Source: an uncultured Acidobacteriota bacterium
GTDB lineage: Bacteria > Acidobacteriota > Thermoanaerobaculia > Gp7-AA8
NCBI GenBank assembly: GCA_963741955.1
Contig: CAVUKB010000004.1
Location: 1 to 64,000 of the forward strand
Length of the DNA: 64,000 bases
Reading direction: 5' to 3'
Numbering within the stretch: position 1 is the stretch's first letter; each line of letters starts with the position of its first letter. Shown here one piece after another: positions 22,062 through 33,869 of the stretch. Below the pieces are notes generated by a model that was not told the origin of the DNA, searched no databases, and worked only from the letters and a program-made list of their open reading frames with translations. The translations under genes and the position numbers were made by a program.

Positions 22062-22864
22062 GCGGACATTGTAAGGCGGGTTGGGCTCTCGGTGGATCTT
22101 CGGCGAGAAATCACCGAGAGGCTTCGGGGGTCTATGATCAGGGGCCTTGAGCGTCAGGCCTACAAAGAAAAATTCGGCCGTGGATGCGAGGACCTGTTGC
22201 GAGGGCGAGGGTTCGCAGGAGGGGAGCAGGCCGGCAGGCCGTCTGATCTTCCCGATCAGAAGGGGGTGTCGTCGTCGGGATCGAGTTGGGGGCGGAATTC
22301 CGCGAGGAGCGAGGCGTAAGCGGAATCGGAGCTCTCGAGCTGTTTGCTTCGTCTCGCGAGCCAGGCGACGGCTTGTTCGGTCAAGATGATGCGGTGGCCA
22401 AGCGACGTGAACGTGAAACCGCCTTCGTCTCACGCAAGTTGAGCAAGGGCTTTTCGGGAGGGGCGGTGCGAGCGTTGGCGGAGGCCCTCCGGGGTGTCGT
22501 CGAACGCGCGACTGACCTCGAGGACAATCGCATCGAACGAACGCCGCACGATGCGGCGGGTTGTGGCGTGCCACAGGTGACATCCCCCGCTCGGGGGATA
22601 TCGCGTTGGCACGGATTCGAGTAGCATTCCGGTATTCACTGGGACACGCAAGAATTCTTTGAATATCGGCGGCAGCAAACGGAGCAGCTATGGTGAGGAT
22701 CGGGATCTTCATGACTGTAGTTCGGGTCCGTTGATCGCACCACTCTCCCGTGACGGAATCGGTTGACGGACGGACGCCCCTCTGTTAGCTATGCTCCCGG
22801 TTCTTCCGCCCAATCGGCCCCGGACGTCGTCCTCACGTCCACATGTCGCAATTGGAGTCTCTCT

Positions 22865-25800
22865 GTGCTCACTCTCGCATCGACGTTCCGTCGTCTGTTC
22901 GTCACGGTCTCTCTCCTGGCACTTGCCGCCGTCTCCGCGGCAGAAACCGGGACTCAGGCCACGTCCACGTCCACGTCTCCCGGCGCACTTGCCGCGATCC
23001 GAATTTCGGTCACGCTCCCCGCGGGGATCGCAAGAAACCTCGCGCTGCACGGACGCAAGCTCTCGTTTGCGATCGAGAGCGAGCTCGCACCCGGCGTCCC
23101 TGCGGAGCAGACCCCTCCGGAGTTCCCTCCGTCGCATCTGCGCCTCCGCGATGCGGCCGGTCACTCTGATCCGCGGGCTACCGCGATCACGTTCGAGCCT
23201 GCGCTCGGACAGGAGATCGTCGACGATCCCCAGCTCGCACAGCACTTGCCGTCCGGCATCGAGTACCTCTCGCCGTGGATCGTCGTCGTCGCCGATCCCC
23301 GCGCCAGCATCCATTACTCCTGGCCCGCCGGGGTCGATCCCGGCTCCGTGGGGTGTCACAACTGCGCCCGCTCGTCCGACGTCGCCGGACGCACCGAGGC
23401 CGACGGTGTGTACGAGATCTACGCGGCCGGACCGTGGATCTCCGTCCGGCCGGAAGTGATGCCGGATGGCAAATCGATCTTCGATGGGACGCGGTACGAC
23501 TATCTGGCGACGCGCCTCACGGAACGCTTCAGCAGCGTCCGCGGGGATCTCGTCCGCGGACCGGACGACACACTCGCGGTCCGTAATGACCCGACGGCCG
23601 GACCGGTCAACGATCAGCTGGTCTCGCTCCACAGCCGTGAGCTCGAGCGGAGCGCAGTGGATCTCTCGATCAAGGGACGCGGGATCGACTTCGTCCTCGC
23701 TCGCTATTACCGTTCCGGAGTCATTCACATGGGGCCATTCGGGCGGAGCTTCGACAGTCCTCTCTTCGCCCACCTCAGGATCCAGCCGAACGGCACGGTC
23801 GACTACTACGACGGCACCGGACGCCGCGACACGTTCACCGTCGTCGCGGGCGAGAACCGCCTCGATCCGGCGCCGGGCGTATTCGAAGATCTCCGGCGCA
23901 CCGCCGACGGCTGGTGCATTCTTTACCCCAACAACACGCGCCTCTTTTTCGACGACCAGGGGCGTCTCACGCAGATCACCGATCGAAACAAGATCAAGAC
24001 CGATCCCGACGACGGGAACCGGATGCTCTTTATCTACGACGACCATGGACGGCTCGATACGGTGGTCGATCCCGTCGGGCGGCCGGTCAGGTTCACGTAC
24101 TACGCCGCGGGTGAGAGCGGCGGCTTCCCCGGCTGCATCCACACCGTCACGGACTTTGACGGACGCACCGTCACCTACCGTTACGACTCTTCGGCGCGAC
24201 TCCTCTCTGTGACCGGTCCCGATCCGCAGTCGCCGTCCAGTGCGATCCAGACGACGACATACGTCTGGGCGCCTCCGGGCGGCGACTACCGCTCGAACCT
24301 CTTCCTCTCCGGCGAGATCACCTCGGAGGAGGACGGCCTCGGGCGGACGATCTACAGCGCAACCTACAACTCCGCTCGTCCGTGGGCCGTCGAGACGCTC
24401 ACATCCGGCGGTGGGACATGGGCGTTCGCCACCTCCGGGAATGCGGTGACGGTCACCGATCCGAAGACCCACGTCCGCACGTACACGCTCGACGCAGCCG
24501 GCTTTGTTCATTCGCTCGAAGAACCGGGCGGTATCACCACGACATGGGACTTCGACTCTGCGATGCGCCTCGCGTCCGTCACGAGACCCCTCGGCGACTC
24601 GACCAGCTACGGCTATGCCCCGGCCGCCCCGAACGGCGAGCACCGGACGATGCTCAACGTCAGAACCGTGACCGAGCATCCTCGCCCCGGATCGATCGAG
24701 GCGCTCGCCGGAGCCACCCGCGTCACGACGATCGGCTACGGTCCCGCGAATCTCCCGGCGTCCATCCTCACACCCGATCATGCGTCGACGATCATCGATC
24801 GCGACGACCGGGGGAACCCGAAGACGATCACGGACGCCGCGGGCGTGACGACGACGTTTGGGTTCGACGATCATGGTCAACTCCATACAGTGACCGACCC
24901 GCGCAGCGGCAACTTGACGTACGACTACGTTCTTTCAGGCCCGAGGGAGGGTTACATCGCCTCGGTCACCACGAGCGACGGTGTGACCGGGTACGAGACC
25001 GACGACCGCGGCAACGTCACCCAGATCACCCGGCCGGGAAACAAGACGACGGCGTACACGGTGAACCGGCTGGATCAGGTCGAGCGCGAGGTCTCCGGGA
25101 CCTCCGAGAGCACGACCACGTACGACGCGGCCGGGAACCTCGCAACGCGCGGCATCTTCAGTGGGACGGCCTCGGACGGGACGCCCGTCTACAGCGCGAC
25201 GAGCTACGACATCGATGCGATCGGGCGGGTCCGCTCGCGCACGGACGACGGACGGACGACGAGCTACGGCTACGACACTGCGGGGAATCTCCAGACGGTG
25301 ACCCGTCCCGGCGAGGCTCCGGTCAGTTACGGCTACGACGCGCGGGACCGGATGACGACGGTCAACGAGGGGAGCCGGGTCACGACGTATGGATACGACG
25401 CGGATGGGTCAGCGTCATCGATCACGAACGCGCGTGGGAAGACGACCTCGTTCCTCACGAACGGGTTCGGCGACCGGACAGGTGAGGTCGACCCGCTCGG
25501 GATCACCGAGGCCTCAACGACCGACGACGCCGGTCGTCCGCTCGACACGAAGACGATCAAGACGCTCCCGACCGGAGAGGAGTACGTTCTGCGGTGGTCG
25601 CAACGGACGTACGATCCGCTGGGGCGTGTGACGAAGGAGGTGCGGAAGCTCTTCACGTCGCCTCTCCTCCTCCCTCGCGATGGCGACCCGAACGGCGCGA
25701 GGGACATCGTCACGACGACCAGCTACGACGACGCGGCGCGGACGGTCACGGTGACGGACCCGCGCGGGATCGCGACGGTGACGGAGATGGACGCGCTCGG

Positions 25801-26383
25801 ACGCGTCGCGCGCGTGACGGACGGTGCGGGAAACGTGACCGAGACCGAGTACGACGCGAACGGGAACCGGAAGAGCGAGACACGCATCGAGAAGCGGCCT
25901 GACGGAACCACCGACACGTATGTCACGCGCTTCGAGTACGACCCGCAGAACCGGCTGGCGATGTCGATCGACATGAGTGATCCGGACCGGCCGCTCATCA
26001 CCACCTTCAAGTACGACACGCGCGGGCATCTCGTGAAGAAGACGGACCCGGAGGGGCGGGAGACGAAGAGCGAGTATGATCTTCGAGGGAACCGCGTCAA
26101 GGAAACGGACGCGGAGGGAGCGGTCACGACGTACACGTACGACGACGCCGACCGTCTGGAGACGCTCGAAGACGCCCGAGGAAATGTGACGACGTATCAC
26201 TACGACGAGCACGGGAACTTGTTCGAGGAGATCCGTGCGGACGGCGCGACGTGGCACTGGACGTACGATCCGATGGACGAGGTCGACACGACGACGGACG
26301 CGAACGGGACGGTGACGACGTTCGGGTACGATGACGCGGGCCGGCTGCGCTCGAAGACGATGGCCGGAGCGCCCAATGTTCTC
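22865..26383 (+). pseudogene. Rhs/YD-repeat toxin 1, N-terminal part (split by ISL3)
   Basis: Signal-like N-terminus after a GGAG RBS, DUF6531-like DLSIKGRGIDFVLARYYRS, many YD repeats; IS begins at 26384. Confidence 0.88.
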
Positions 26384-27967
26384 GGTTCTCCTAACAGGTG
26401 TGTAGGTGCGGAATGATTGTCGGAGGCATGCAGGAACGGCGACGCGGCTGTTTTCGAGGAGCAAGTCGGTGTTCGCCGAAGCGTTCGGAAAGCGAAGTTG
26501 TGGAAACCGCGGAAAACGCCGCCACCCGGCCGCCGCGTTTTCCGCCGTTCCCACAACTTGCCCCGCCGTCGCGGAAGGATCTGAAGGAGCCCCGAAAGTC
26601 GCTGCTCGTGGAGAGGTGAAGATCGAAGCAGCGATAGCAGGTTGGAATCGGCGAACCGTGCTGCCCATTTCCCGTAGTCTGTAGTCGATGAAACCAAGAC
26701 ACGGGGAGGACAGGCACGGTGCGCCTGACGACATTGTTCCGGAAGTTGCTCAACATGGCAAACGTAACGGTTCGCGGGGTTCGGTTCGAAGCTCGGAGTC
26801 TCTATCTCGACGTGAGTCCAACGTGGAGACGTCCGCGGTGCGGAGGGTGCGGACGGGTTGCTCCCGAGCTTCACGGAACGGTGATGAAGCATCGCGAATG
26901 GCGTCATCTCGGCCTCTGGGGATGCCGGGTGATGCTGCGGGCGGATCTGCCGCGGGTGCGTTGCCGCCGCTGCGGGGTGCGAACGGCCGCGGTTCCGTGG
27001 GCACGGCCTGGTTCGATGTTCACCCGCGCGTTCGAAGACGAGCTTGCCTGGTTTCTGCAGCGATCCAATCAAACCGCGGTCTCGGCGTACTTCAAGGTCA
27101 GCTGGCTCACGGCCGGACGGATCGCCGCTCGAGTGGTTGCCGAAAAACGCGACCCGAACGCGCTCGAGAATCTGACCCGGATCGGCATCGACGAGATCTG
27201 CTGGGGGCGGCCGAAGAAGTTCATGACCGTGGTCACGAACCACGAGACCGGGCAGATGATCTGGGCGGCGAAGGGTAAAAGTGCAGAGGTTCTCGACGGG
27301 CTGTTCGATCTGCTCGGCCCCGAGCGCTGCGCGCGAATCCGTCTGGTGAGCATCGACATGAGCGCGGCCTTCGAGAAAGCTGTTCGCGACCGACTGCCGA
27401 ACGCCGAGGTCGTTTTCGATCGGTTCCACGTGGTCCAACTCCTCGGGAATGCGATCGATCAGGTGAGGCGGGACGAGATGCGAAAGGCCACCGGCGAGGA
27501 GCGCTCCGCTCTCAAATCCACTCGGTTCGTCCTCCTGAAGAACCCCTGGAACCTGCGTGATGCCGAGGAGGCGAAACTCTCGGAGCTCGCGCGGATGAAT
27601 CACACCCTCTTTCGCAGTTACCTGGTCAAGGAATCCTTTCAGGACATCTATGACTCCTCGTCCGTCCGCCAAGCTGATCGACGGTTCAAGCGCTGGTATC
27701 AGTCCGCGGTTCATAGCCGCATTCAACCCCTCGTTCGCTTCGCGCGAACCGTCGCGGCGAAATGGCCTGGCATCCGCCGTTACTTCGAGTATCGACTCAC
27801 GAATGCAGTTGCTGAAGGCTGCAACAACAAGATCCGAATGCTCAGTCACCGCGCTTTCGGCTTTCACACCGCGGAAGCTCTGATCGCAATGGCGTTCCTC
27901 TGTACGTCAGCAATCGCATTCCATCCTCTCGGCCTATGAACTCTGCTACACACCTGTTAGGAGATCC
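26384..27967 (+). mobile_element. ISL3-family IS, copy 3, with 10-bp target duplication CAATGTTCTC
   Basis: 1584 bp; the uninterrupted site is visible in the Rhs repeat at about 35091-35110. Confidence 0.95.
26719..27939 (+). CDS. ISL3 transposase
   Basis: Identical 406-aa protein. Confidence 0.95.
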   Translation: MRLTTLFRKLLNMANVTVRGVRFEARSLYLDVSPTWRRPRCGGCGRVAPELHGTVMKHREWRHLGLWGCRVMLRADLPRVRCRRCGVRTAAVPWARPGSMFTRAFEDELAWFLQRSNQTAVSAYFKVSWLTAGRIAARVVAEKRDPNALENLTRIGIDEICWGRPKKFMTVVTNHETGQMIWAAKGKSAEVLDGLFDLLGPERCARIRLVSIDMSAAFEKAVRDRLPNAEVVFDRFHVVQLLGNAIDQVRRDEMRKATGEERSALKSTRFVLLKNPWNLRDAEEAKLSELARMNHTLFRSYLVKESFQDIYDSSSVRQADRRFKRWYQSAVHSRIQPLVRFARTVAAKWPGIRRYFEYRLTNAVAEGCNNKIRMLSHRAFGFHTAEALIAMAFLCTSAIAFHPLGL

Positions 27968-30200
27968 CAATGTTCTCGGTCCGTCGGCGATCACGTATAC
28001 CGTGGACGACCTCGGGCGAGTGACCGGAACGAAGACGAGCGAGGCTGTGAAGACCACGGCGACATTCGACTCGCTCGATCGCGAGCTGACGGAGTCGCAG
28101 CAGATCGGAGAGGGTCCGGTGCGGACGGTGACGCATGCGTTCGATCCGACCGGAAACCTCACGGGCGTCACGTACCCCTCGGGGCTCGCGCTCACGCGAA
28201 GCATCGATCCGCTCGGACGGATCGCGGCGATTACAGAGAACGGGAACGCGGCGCCGATCTTGATGTACGCGGACGCGGGACCGCGTCAGGTCACCCGGAC
28301 GCTCGAGAACGGGATCACGTCGAGCTGGGGATGGGACGTGAACGCGCGGCTCGCGTCGATCCGGGACATCGCGGCGCCGAGTGCGACGGGGGGCGTCAGG
28401 GCTCCCGCCCTGACGGCGCGAGCGGAGCGAGCGCAATGCAGTGGGCTGAACGACTGCCGGGAGGGCCAGGCCTCCGGAAGCGCCCTGCGCGACCTCACGT
28501 ACGACCGCTCACCGGCAGGAGAGAAGAATGCCGTCCTTCGCGCGGATCTCGCGCGGAAGTGGAGCTACGAGCACAATCGCATCGGGGCGATCACCGCGGA
28601 GACGCTCTGGAAGACGGACACGCAGACGAATCCGATGCTGCGGAGGACGAGCTACGACGTCGACCCGGTGCTGAACTACCGCTCGATCACGAAGATCGTG
28701 CAGACTCCCCAGACGGCGACGACCACGGTGACCCCGACGAGCATCAACACGCGGAACCAGTACACGAGCTTCGGCGGCGAGACCCTCGGCTACGACGCGA
28801 ACGGGAATCTCATCCGGACCGCGGGAGCGGTGCTCCAGTACGACGCGGAGAACCATCTCGCGAAGGCGACGCTGGCCGACGGGACGACGCTGGAGAACCT
28901 TTACGACGCGAACGGGCGGAAGGTCGAGGAGGTCGTGACTTCCGCGGGTCAGACCCCGCAGACGACGGAGTACGTCCTCGACGGGGACCAGGTGCTGGAG
29001 GAGTACGTCGCCGGGACGCGCTCGGCGCGCTACGTCCGCGGGCGCGGGATCGACGAGATCGTCCGCGCGGAGGCGGCCAGCGAGACGCTCTACCCCCTCC
29101 AGGACGAGCTCGGGAACGTCGACCGCCTCACGGACGCCTCGGGGGCGACGCTCGAGCGCTACGAATACGAAGGCTACGGGCGATTCCACATCTTCGACGA
29201 TTCCTCCACCCCTCAGGCCACCTCAGAGTACGGCTGGCGCTGGCTCTTCCAGGGCCGCGAATACCTCCCGGCTCTCGACGCCTACGACTTCCGCGCCAGG
29301 ACGCTCCGGGTGGAGATGGGACGGTTCGGGCAGGAGGACCCGGAGGGCGTTAGGGACTCGCTGAACAGGTACCAAGGCTTTGCGGATTTCTGGGACGCGA
29401 ATTCCGATCCCTTTGGATTAGAGATGACTCCGCCGGAAGCCGTAGGCCGAACTCCATATGGCGCTGTCAGCGGCAAAGAGGCGCACTATCAGTGGGATCG
29501 CTGGATTGCGGGGCACCGAGAGCTGGTGATGGGGATCGAAGATAGAACTGCGTTCTATGACAAGAGCATCAAAACGATTCAAAGAGTGGCGCGAGGCGTT
29601 GAGGGTACCGGGGCCTACGGTCAACGAAGGCCCGACGCCGCTCGGCTGGATCGCGTCGGTAACACGATCACGGTCTGGGAGCTGAAACCTCAGAGTTATG
29701 ATCCGGCGATCGGGAGTGATGCGCGTCATCTAGCGGCGATGGCGCAGCTCGGAATGTATATTCGTGCGCTACATCCCGCGAAGTTGGGCCGAGCCCTTGA
29801 GCTGCACCCTGAAGGAAGACAAGTAATTGGTAACGTAACGGCCGGGGACGGAGGCAACTACATCATGACCGCGTATGTCGGCGAAGGGTCAGAACGTGGT
29901 CTAGTGTATTATCGCCTTGATCCCACCGGGCGCAAACGTGAACGGCTGTTGGAACGAACCGCCGACATGATACAACGAACAGCACCTTGCGTCTCCCAAG
30001 ACGTACTCGCAGGTGCAGCGATTGTCGGAGTCGTTGGGGCAGCGTCAGCCGGCACCGTCGGGGCGGTGGTGGGGACGGCCGTAGCGCCAGTCGTGGGTAC
30101 TGTAGGACTTGGCGTTGCCGGGGCTGGTGAAGGCGCTCTCGGAGGTGCGATCGTCGGAGCCGGAATCGGCCTCATACATGGTGTCATCACGTGTCAGTGA
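27936..30200 (+). CDS. Rhs toxin 1, C-terminal part: core plus PD-(D/E)xK-like nuclease CT
   Basis: YDFRARTL..GRFGQEDPEG..SDPFGL, then RRPD..VWELKP; Gly/Ala-rich tail; the ATG is supplied by the IS end. Confidence 0.8.
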   Translation: MNSATHLLGDPNVLGPSAITYTVDDLGRVTGTKTSEAVKTTATFDSLDRELTESQQIGEGPVRTVTHAFDPTGNLTGVTYPSGLALTRSIDPLGRIAAITENGNAAPILMYADAGPRQVTRTLENGITSSWGWDVNARLASIRDIAAPSATGGVRAPALTARAERAQCSGLNDCREGQASGSALRDLTYDRSPAGEKNAVLRADLARKWSYEHNRIGAITAETLWKTDTQTNPMLRRTSYDVDPVLNYRSITKIVQTPQTATTTVTPTSINTRNQYTSFGGETLGYDANGNLIRTAGAVLQYDAENHLAKATLADGTTLENLYDANGRKVEEVVTSAGQTPQTTEYVLDGDQVLEEYVAGTRSARYVRGRGIDEIVRAEAASETLYPLQDELGNVDRLTDASGATLERYEYEGYGRFHIFDDSSTPQATSEYGWRWLFQGREYLPALDAYDFRARTLRVEMGRFGQEDPEGVRDSLNRYQGFADFWDANSDPFGLEMTPPEAVGRTPYGAVSGKEAHYQWDRWIAGHRELVMGIEDRTAFYDKSIKTIQRVARGVEGTGAYGQRRPDAARLDRVGNTITVWELKPQSYDPAIGSDARHLAAMAQLGMYIRALHPAKLGRALELHPEGRQVIGNVTAGDGGNYIMTAYVGEGSERGLVYYRLDPTGRKRERLLERTADMIQRTAPCVSQDVLAGAAIVGVVGAASAGTVGAVVGTAVAPVVGTVGLGVAGAGEGALGGAIVGAGIGLIHGVITCQ

Positions 30201-30209
30201 GAGGAGCTC

Positions 30210-31007
30210 GTGTCTAAGAAGCGATCTGACGTCGGGATCTTAAGCGGCGAAGAACTCAAAGAGTACAAGGCCATTCTGCACTCTCCAGGAGTCGAGCTTG
30301 CGACGGCGATCGGAACGTTCGCATCACCCTTCGGTTTCCTTCGAGATTCGATTGGAGGCTTCGATGAAGTAAAGTTCATCCTTGACAGAGCTGCGACTGG
30401 AGACACGGAGGCGCTCGCCGTTCGCGATTTCGAACTAGCCATGATCAGATTTCAGCGTTTGGGAGAACCCCATGGCTACAGCGAAGATCTTCTGCGCAAG
30501 TACCTGCTTGATCACGAGACCGAATTCGATCAGTATTGCCATGAGAATTTCCCTTGGCGCTTCTCGTTCGAAGTGGCGAACATGGAGGCCCGCGCCTCCG
30601 ATCCCGCTACCGACGAACTGCTTGACTTACATGTGATCGAGCGCATGCATGAGTTCGGGTTCTCGAAGACGAGCCGAAAGTACACGCACAATTACTGGCG
30701 TTGCGTATCTTCCGCGCTGCCTCGACCGGTCGTGATCGAGTTCGACAAAGGCAGCCGTCACCCGAGCAAAAAGATGAGTGGTTACCTAAACATTCCCGAT
30801 CTAGGATACGGGCTCAGTCTAGCGGATCCATTCTTCTTCAGCGGCGCAACGTTCTTTACCACCATTGGTGATCGGCTGGCCGTTCAGCTGGAGCGATTCT
30901 TCGACCAGTATCTGCGGATCGCGCCGAATATTTTCGAGGTCATCGCTAGGTCGATCGGCGACTCGAAGGGGTTTCTCGAGAGCCGGACGAGAAAGCTCAT
31001 TACCTAG
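30210..31007 (+). CDS. Putative immunity protein for Rhs-CT1
   Basis: 265 aa immediately after the toxin, RBS GAGGAG, lower GC, no signal peptide. Confidence 0.65.
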   Translation: MSKKRSDVGILSGEELKEYKAILHSPGVELATAIGTFASPFGFLRDSIGGFDEVKFILDRAATGDTEALAVRDFELAMIRFQRLGEPHGYSEDLLRKYLLDHETEFDQYCHENFPWRFSFEVANMEARASDPATDELLDLHVIERMHEFGFSKTSRKYTHNYWRCVSSALPRPVVIEFDKGSRHPSKKMSGYLNIPDLGYGLSLADPFFFSGATFFTTIGDRLAVQLERFFDQYLRIAPNIFEVIARSIGDSKGFLESRTRKLIT

Positions 31008-31231
31008 TTTCTGCCCAATTCGGCGGAAACTGGGGCCAGACCGAAAAAGGAAATAGTCCCTCGTTCGTGCGGTGGTCGGAGCCAGAGGAGGGGTTCGAGG
31101 TAGGGGAGCAGACCGAACGATCGGCTCAAACCTCCCGGATCAGAACGCGTTCTCGCTTTCGGGCTCGAAACGGCGACGGATGTCCGCGAAGAGGTTGGGG
31201 GCCAGACCCAAAAATGAAGAAATTCGACGGT

Positions 31232-33869
31232 CGAGACACGCATCGAGAAGCGGCCTGACGGAACCACCGACACGTATGTCACGAGCTTCGAGTACGACCT
31301 GCAGAACCGGCTGGCGATGTCGATCGACATGAGTGATCCGGATCGGCCGCTCATCACCACCTTCCAGTACGACACGCGCGGTCATCTGACGAAGAAGACG
31401 GACCCGGAGGGGCGGGAGACGAAGAGCGAGTATGATCTCCGAGGGAACCGCGTCAAGGAAACGGACGCGGAGGGAGCGGTCACGACGTACACGTACGACG
31501 ACGCGGACCGTCTGGAGACGCTCGAAGACGCCCGAGGAAATGTGACGACGTACCACTACGACGAGCACGGGAACCTGTTCGAGGAGATCCGTGCGGACGG
31601 CGCGACGTGGCACTGGACGTACGATCCGATGGACGAGGTCGACACGACGACGGACGCGAACGGGACGGTCACGACGTACGGCTACGACGATGCGGGACGG
31701 CTGCGCTCGAAGACGATGGCCGGAGCACCGGAAGTTCTCGGTCCGTCGGTGGTCACGTATACCGTGGACGATCTCGGGCGGGTGACCGGGACGGAGACGG
31801 ACCAGGGCGTGAAGACCGCCTCGACGGTCGATTCGCTGGACCGGGAGCTGACGGAGTCGCAGCAGATCGGAGAGGGTCCGGTGCGGACGGTGACGCATGC
31901 GTTCGATCCCGCCGGAAACCTCACGGGCGTCACGTACCCCTCGGGGCTCGCGCTCACGCGCACGATCGATCCGCTCGGGAGAATCGAGACGATTACAGAG
32001 AACGGGAAAGCCGCACCGATCGTGATGTACGCGGACGCGGGACCGCGTCAGGTCACCCGGACGCTCGAGAACGGGATCACGTCGAGCTGGGGATGGGACG
32101 TGAATGCGCGCCTGGCATCGATCCGGGACATCGCGGCGCCGAGTGCGACGGGGGGCGTCAGGGCTCCCGCCCTGACGGCGCGAGCGGAGCGAGCGCAATG
32201 CAGTGGGCTGAACGACTGCCGGCAGGGCCAGGCCTCCGGAAGCGCCCTGCGCGAACTCACGTACGACCGCTCACCGGCAGGAGAGAAGAACGCGGCGGTG
32301 CGGGCGGACCTCGCGCGGAAGTGGAGCTACGAGCACAATCGCATCGGGGCGATCACGGCGGAGACGCTCTGGAAGACGGACACGCAGACGAATCCGATGC
32401 TGCGGAGGACGGACTACGACGTCGACCCGGTGCTGAACTACCGCTCGATCACGAAGATCGTGCAGACTCCCCAGACGGCGACGACCACGGTGACCCCGAC
32501 GAGCATCAACACGCGGAACCAGTACACGAGCTTCGGCGGCGAGACCCTCGGCTACGACGCGAACGGGAATCTCATCCGGACCGCGGGAGCGGTGCTCCAG
32601 TACGACGCGGAGAACCATCTCGCGAAGGCGACGCTGGCTGACGGGACGACGCTCGAGAACCTTTACGACGCGAACGGGCGGAAGGTCGAGGAGGTCGTGA
32701 CTCCCGCGGGTCAGACCCCGCAGACGACGGAGTACCTACTCGACGGAGACCAGGTGCTCGAGGAATACGTCGCCGGGGCGCGATCGGCGCGCTACGTCCG
32801 CGGGCGCGGGATCGACGAGATCGTCCGGGCGGAGGCGGGCAGCACGACGCTCTACCCGCTCCAGGACGAGCTCGGGAACGTCGACCGTCTCACGGACGCC
32901 TCGGGGGCGACGCTCGAGCGCTACGAATACGAAGGCTACGGCCGGTTCCACATCTTCGACGCTTCCTCAACCCCTCAGGCCACCTCAGAGTACGGCTGGC
33001 GCTGGCTCTTCCAGGGCCGCGAATACCTCCCCGCCCTCGACGCCTACGACTTCCGCGCGAGGACGCTCTGGGTGGAGATGGGGAGATTCGGGCAGGAGGA
33101 TCCGGAGGGGGAGGACTCGACGAATTTCTACCAAACCCTGCTCGCCGACTACGTGTGGGTCGTTGATCCTTCGGGTCGCCGAATCCTCCTCACAGGTGAA
33201 CTTCCCTCCAACGATTTGCAGCTGTTGAAATCGGCGCTGCGAAATCCTGTGGCTGCGGCGCAGCTCACGACGCACGTTGATCGCGGACACAACGCCTGGG
33301 TTGCATTCAAGACCTCGTCACATTCCTTCATCACCAGTGGCCTTCCGGATCCCCCGTCGTTGAAGATCGGCCTTGCCCGGCAGGAGATCCAACGACCGAC
33401 GGACTCACGGACAATCGAGGAAAAGATCGCTGCTCTTGTCGAGAGCCGGGAGATCGTCGAGTACAAACGCGCTAATAGTGCCACCCGCCTCAGCAACAAT
33501 GACGACTGGCCATTAAACTACTTCAAGCGCACTTTCGAGGAGCCCGTCGCATCACCTTTGAGCGGACACGGGGGCGCTATGACCTTGAAGACTGACGAGG
33601 CGGCGTCGGGTCATGTCACAGTTGTGGTGTCACCGGGCAGTCTTTCTACAGGTTGGGCGACGTTAGCTTTTCACATCGACTACGATCACGAACTCGCTGT
33701 GGTGCACGAGTTCGGCCACGCCCTGGCCGCCATTGAACGTAAGGATCGCTATTACAACGTCTGGAGCGTCGAGATCGAAAACCAACTTAGAGCGCGGCGT
33801 GGCGAAAAGGTCTTTCGGCCTCGCGAGTTGCCGATGAACGGCGCAGGTCGTTTGGGGGAGGAGCCGTGA
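31232..33869 (+). CDS. Orphan Rhs module 2 with HExxH metallopeptidase-like CT (first ATG at 31317)
   Basis: Near-identical to the Rhs1 core from 25876 up to DPEG; CT contains VVHEFGHA..EIENQLR. Confidence 0.8.
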
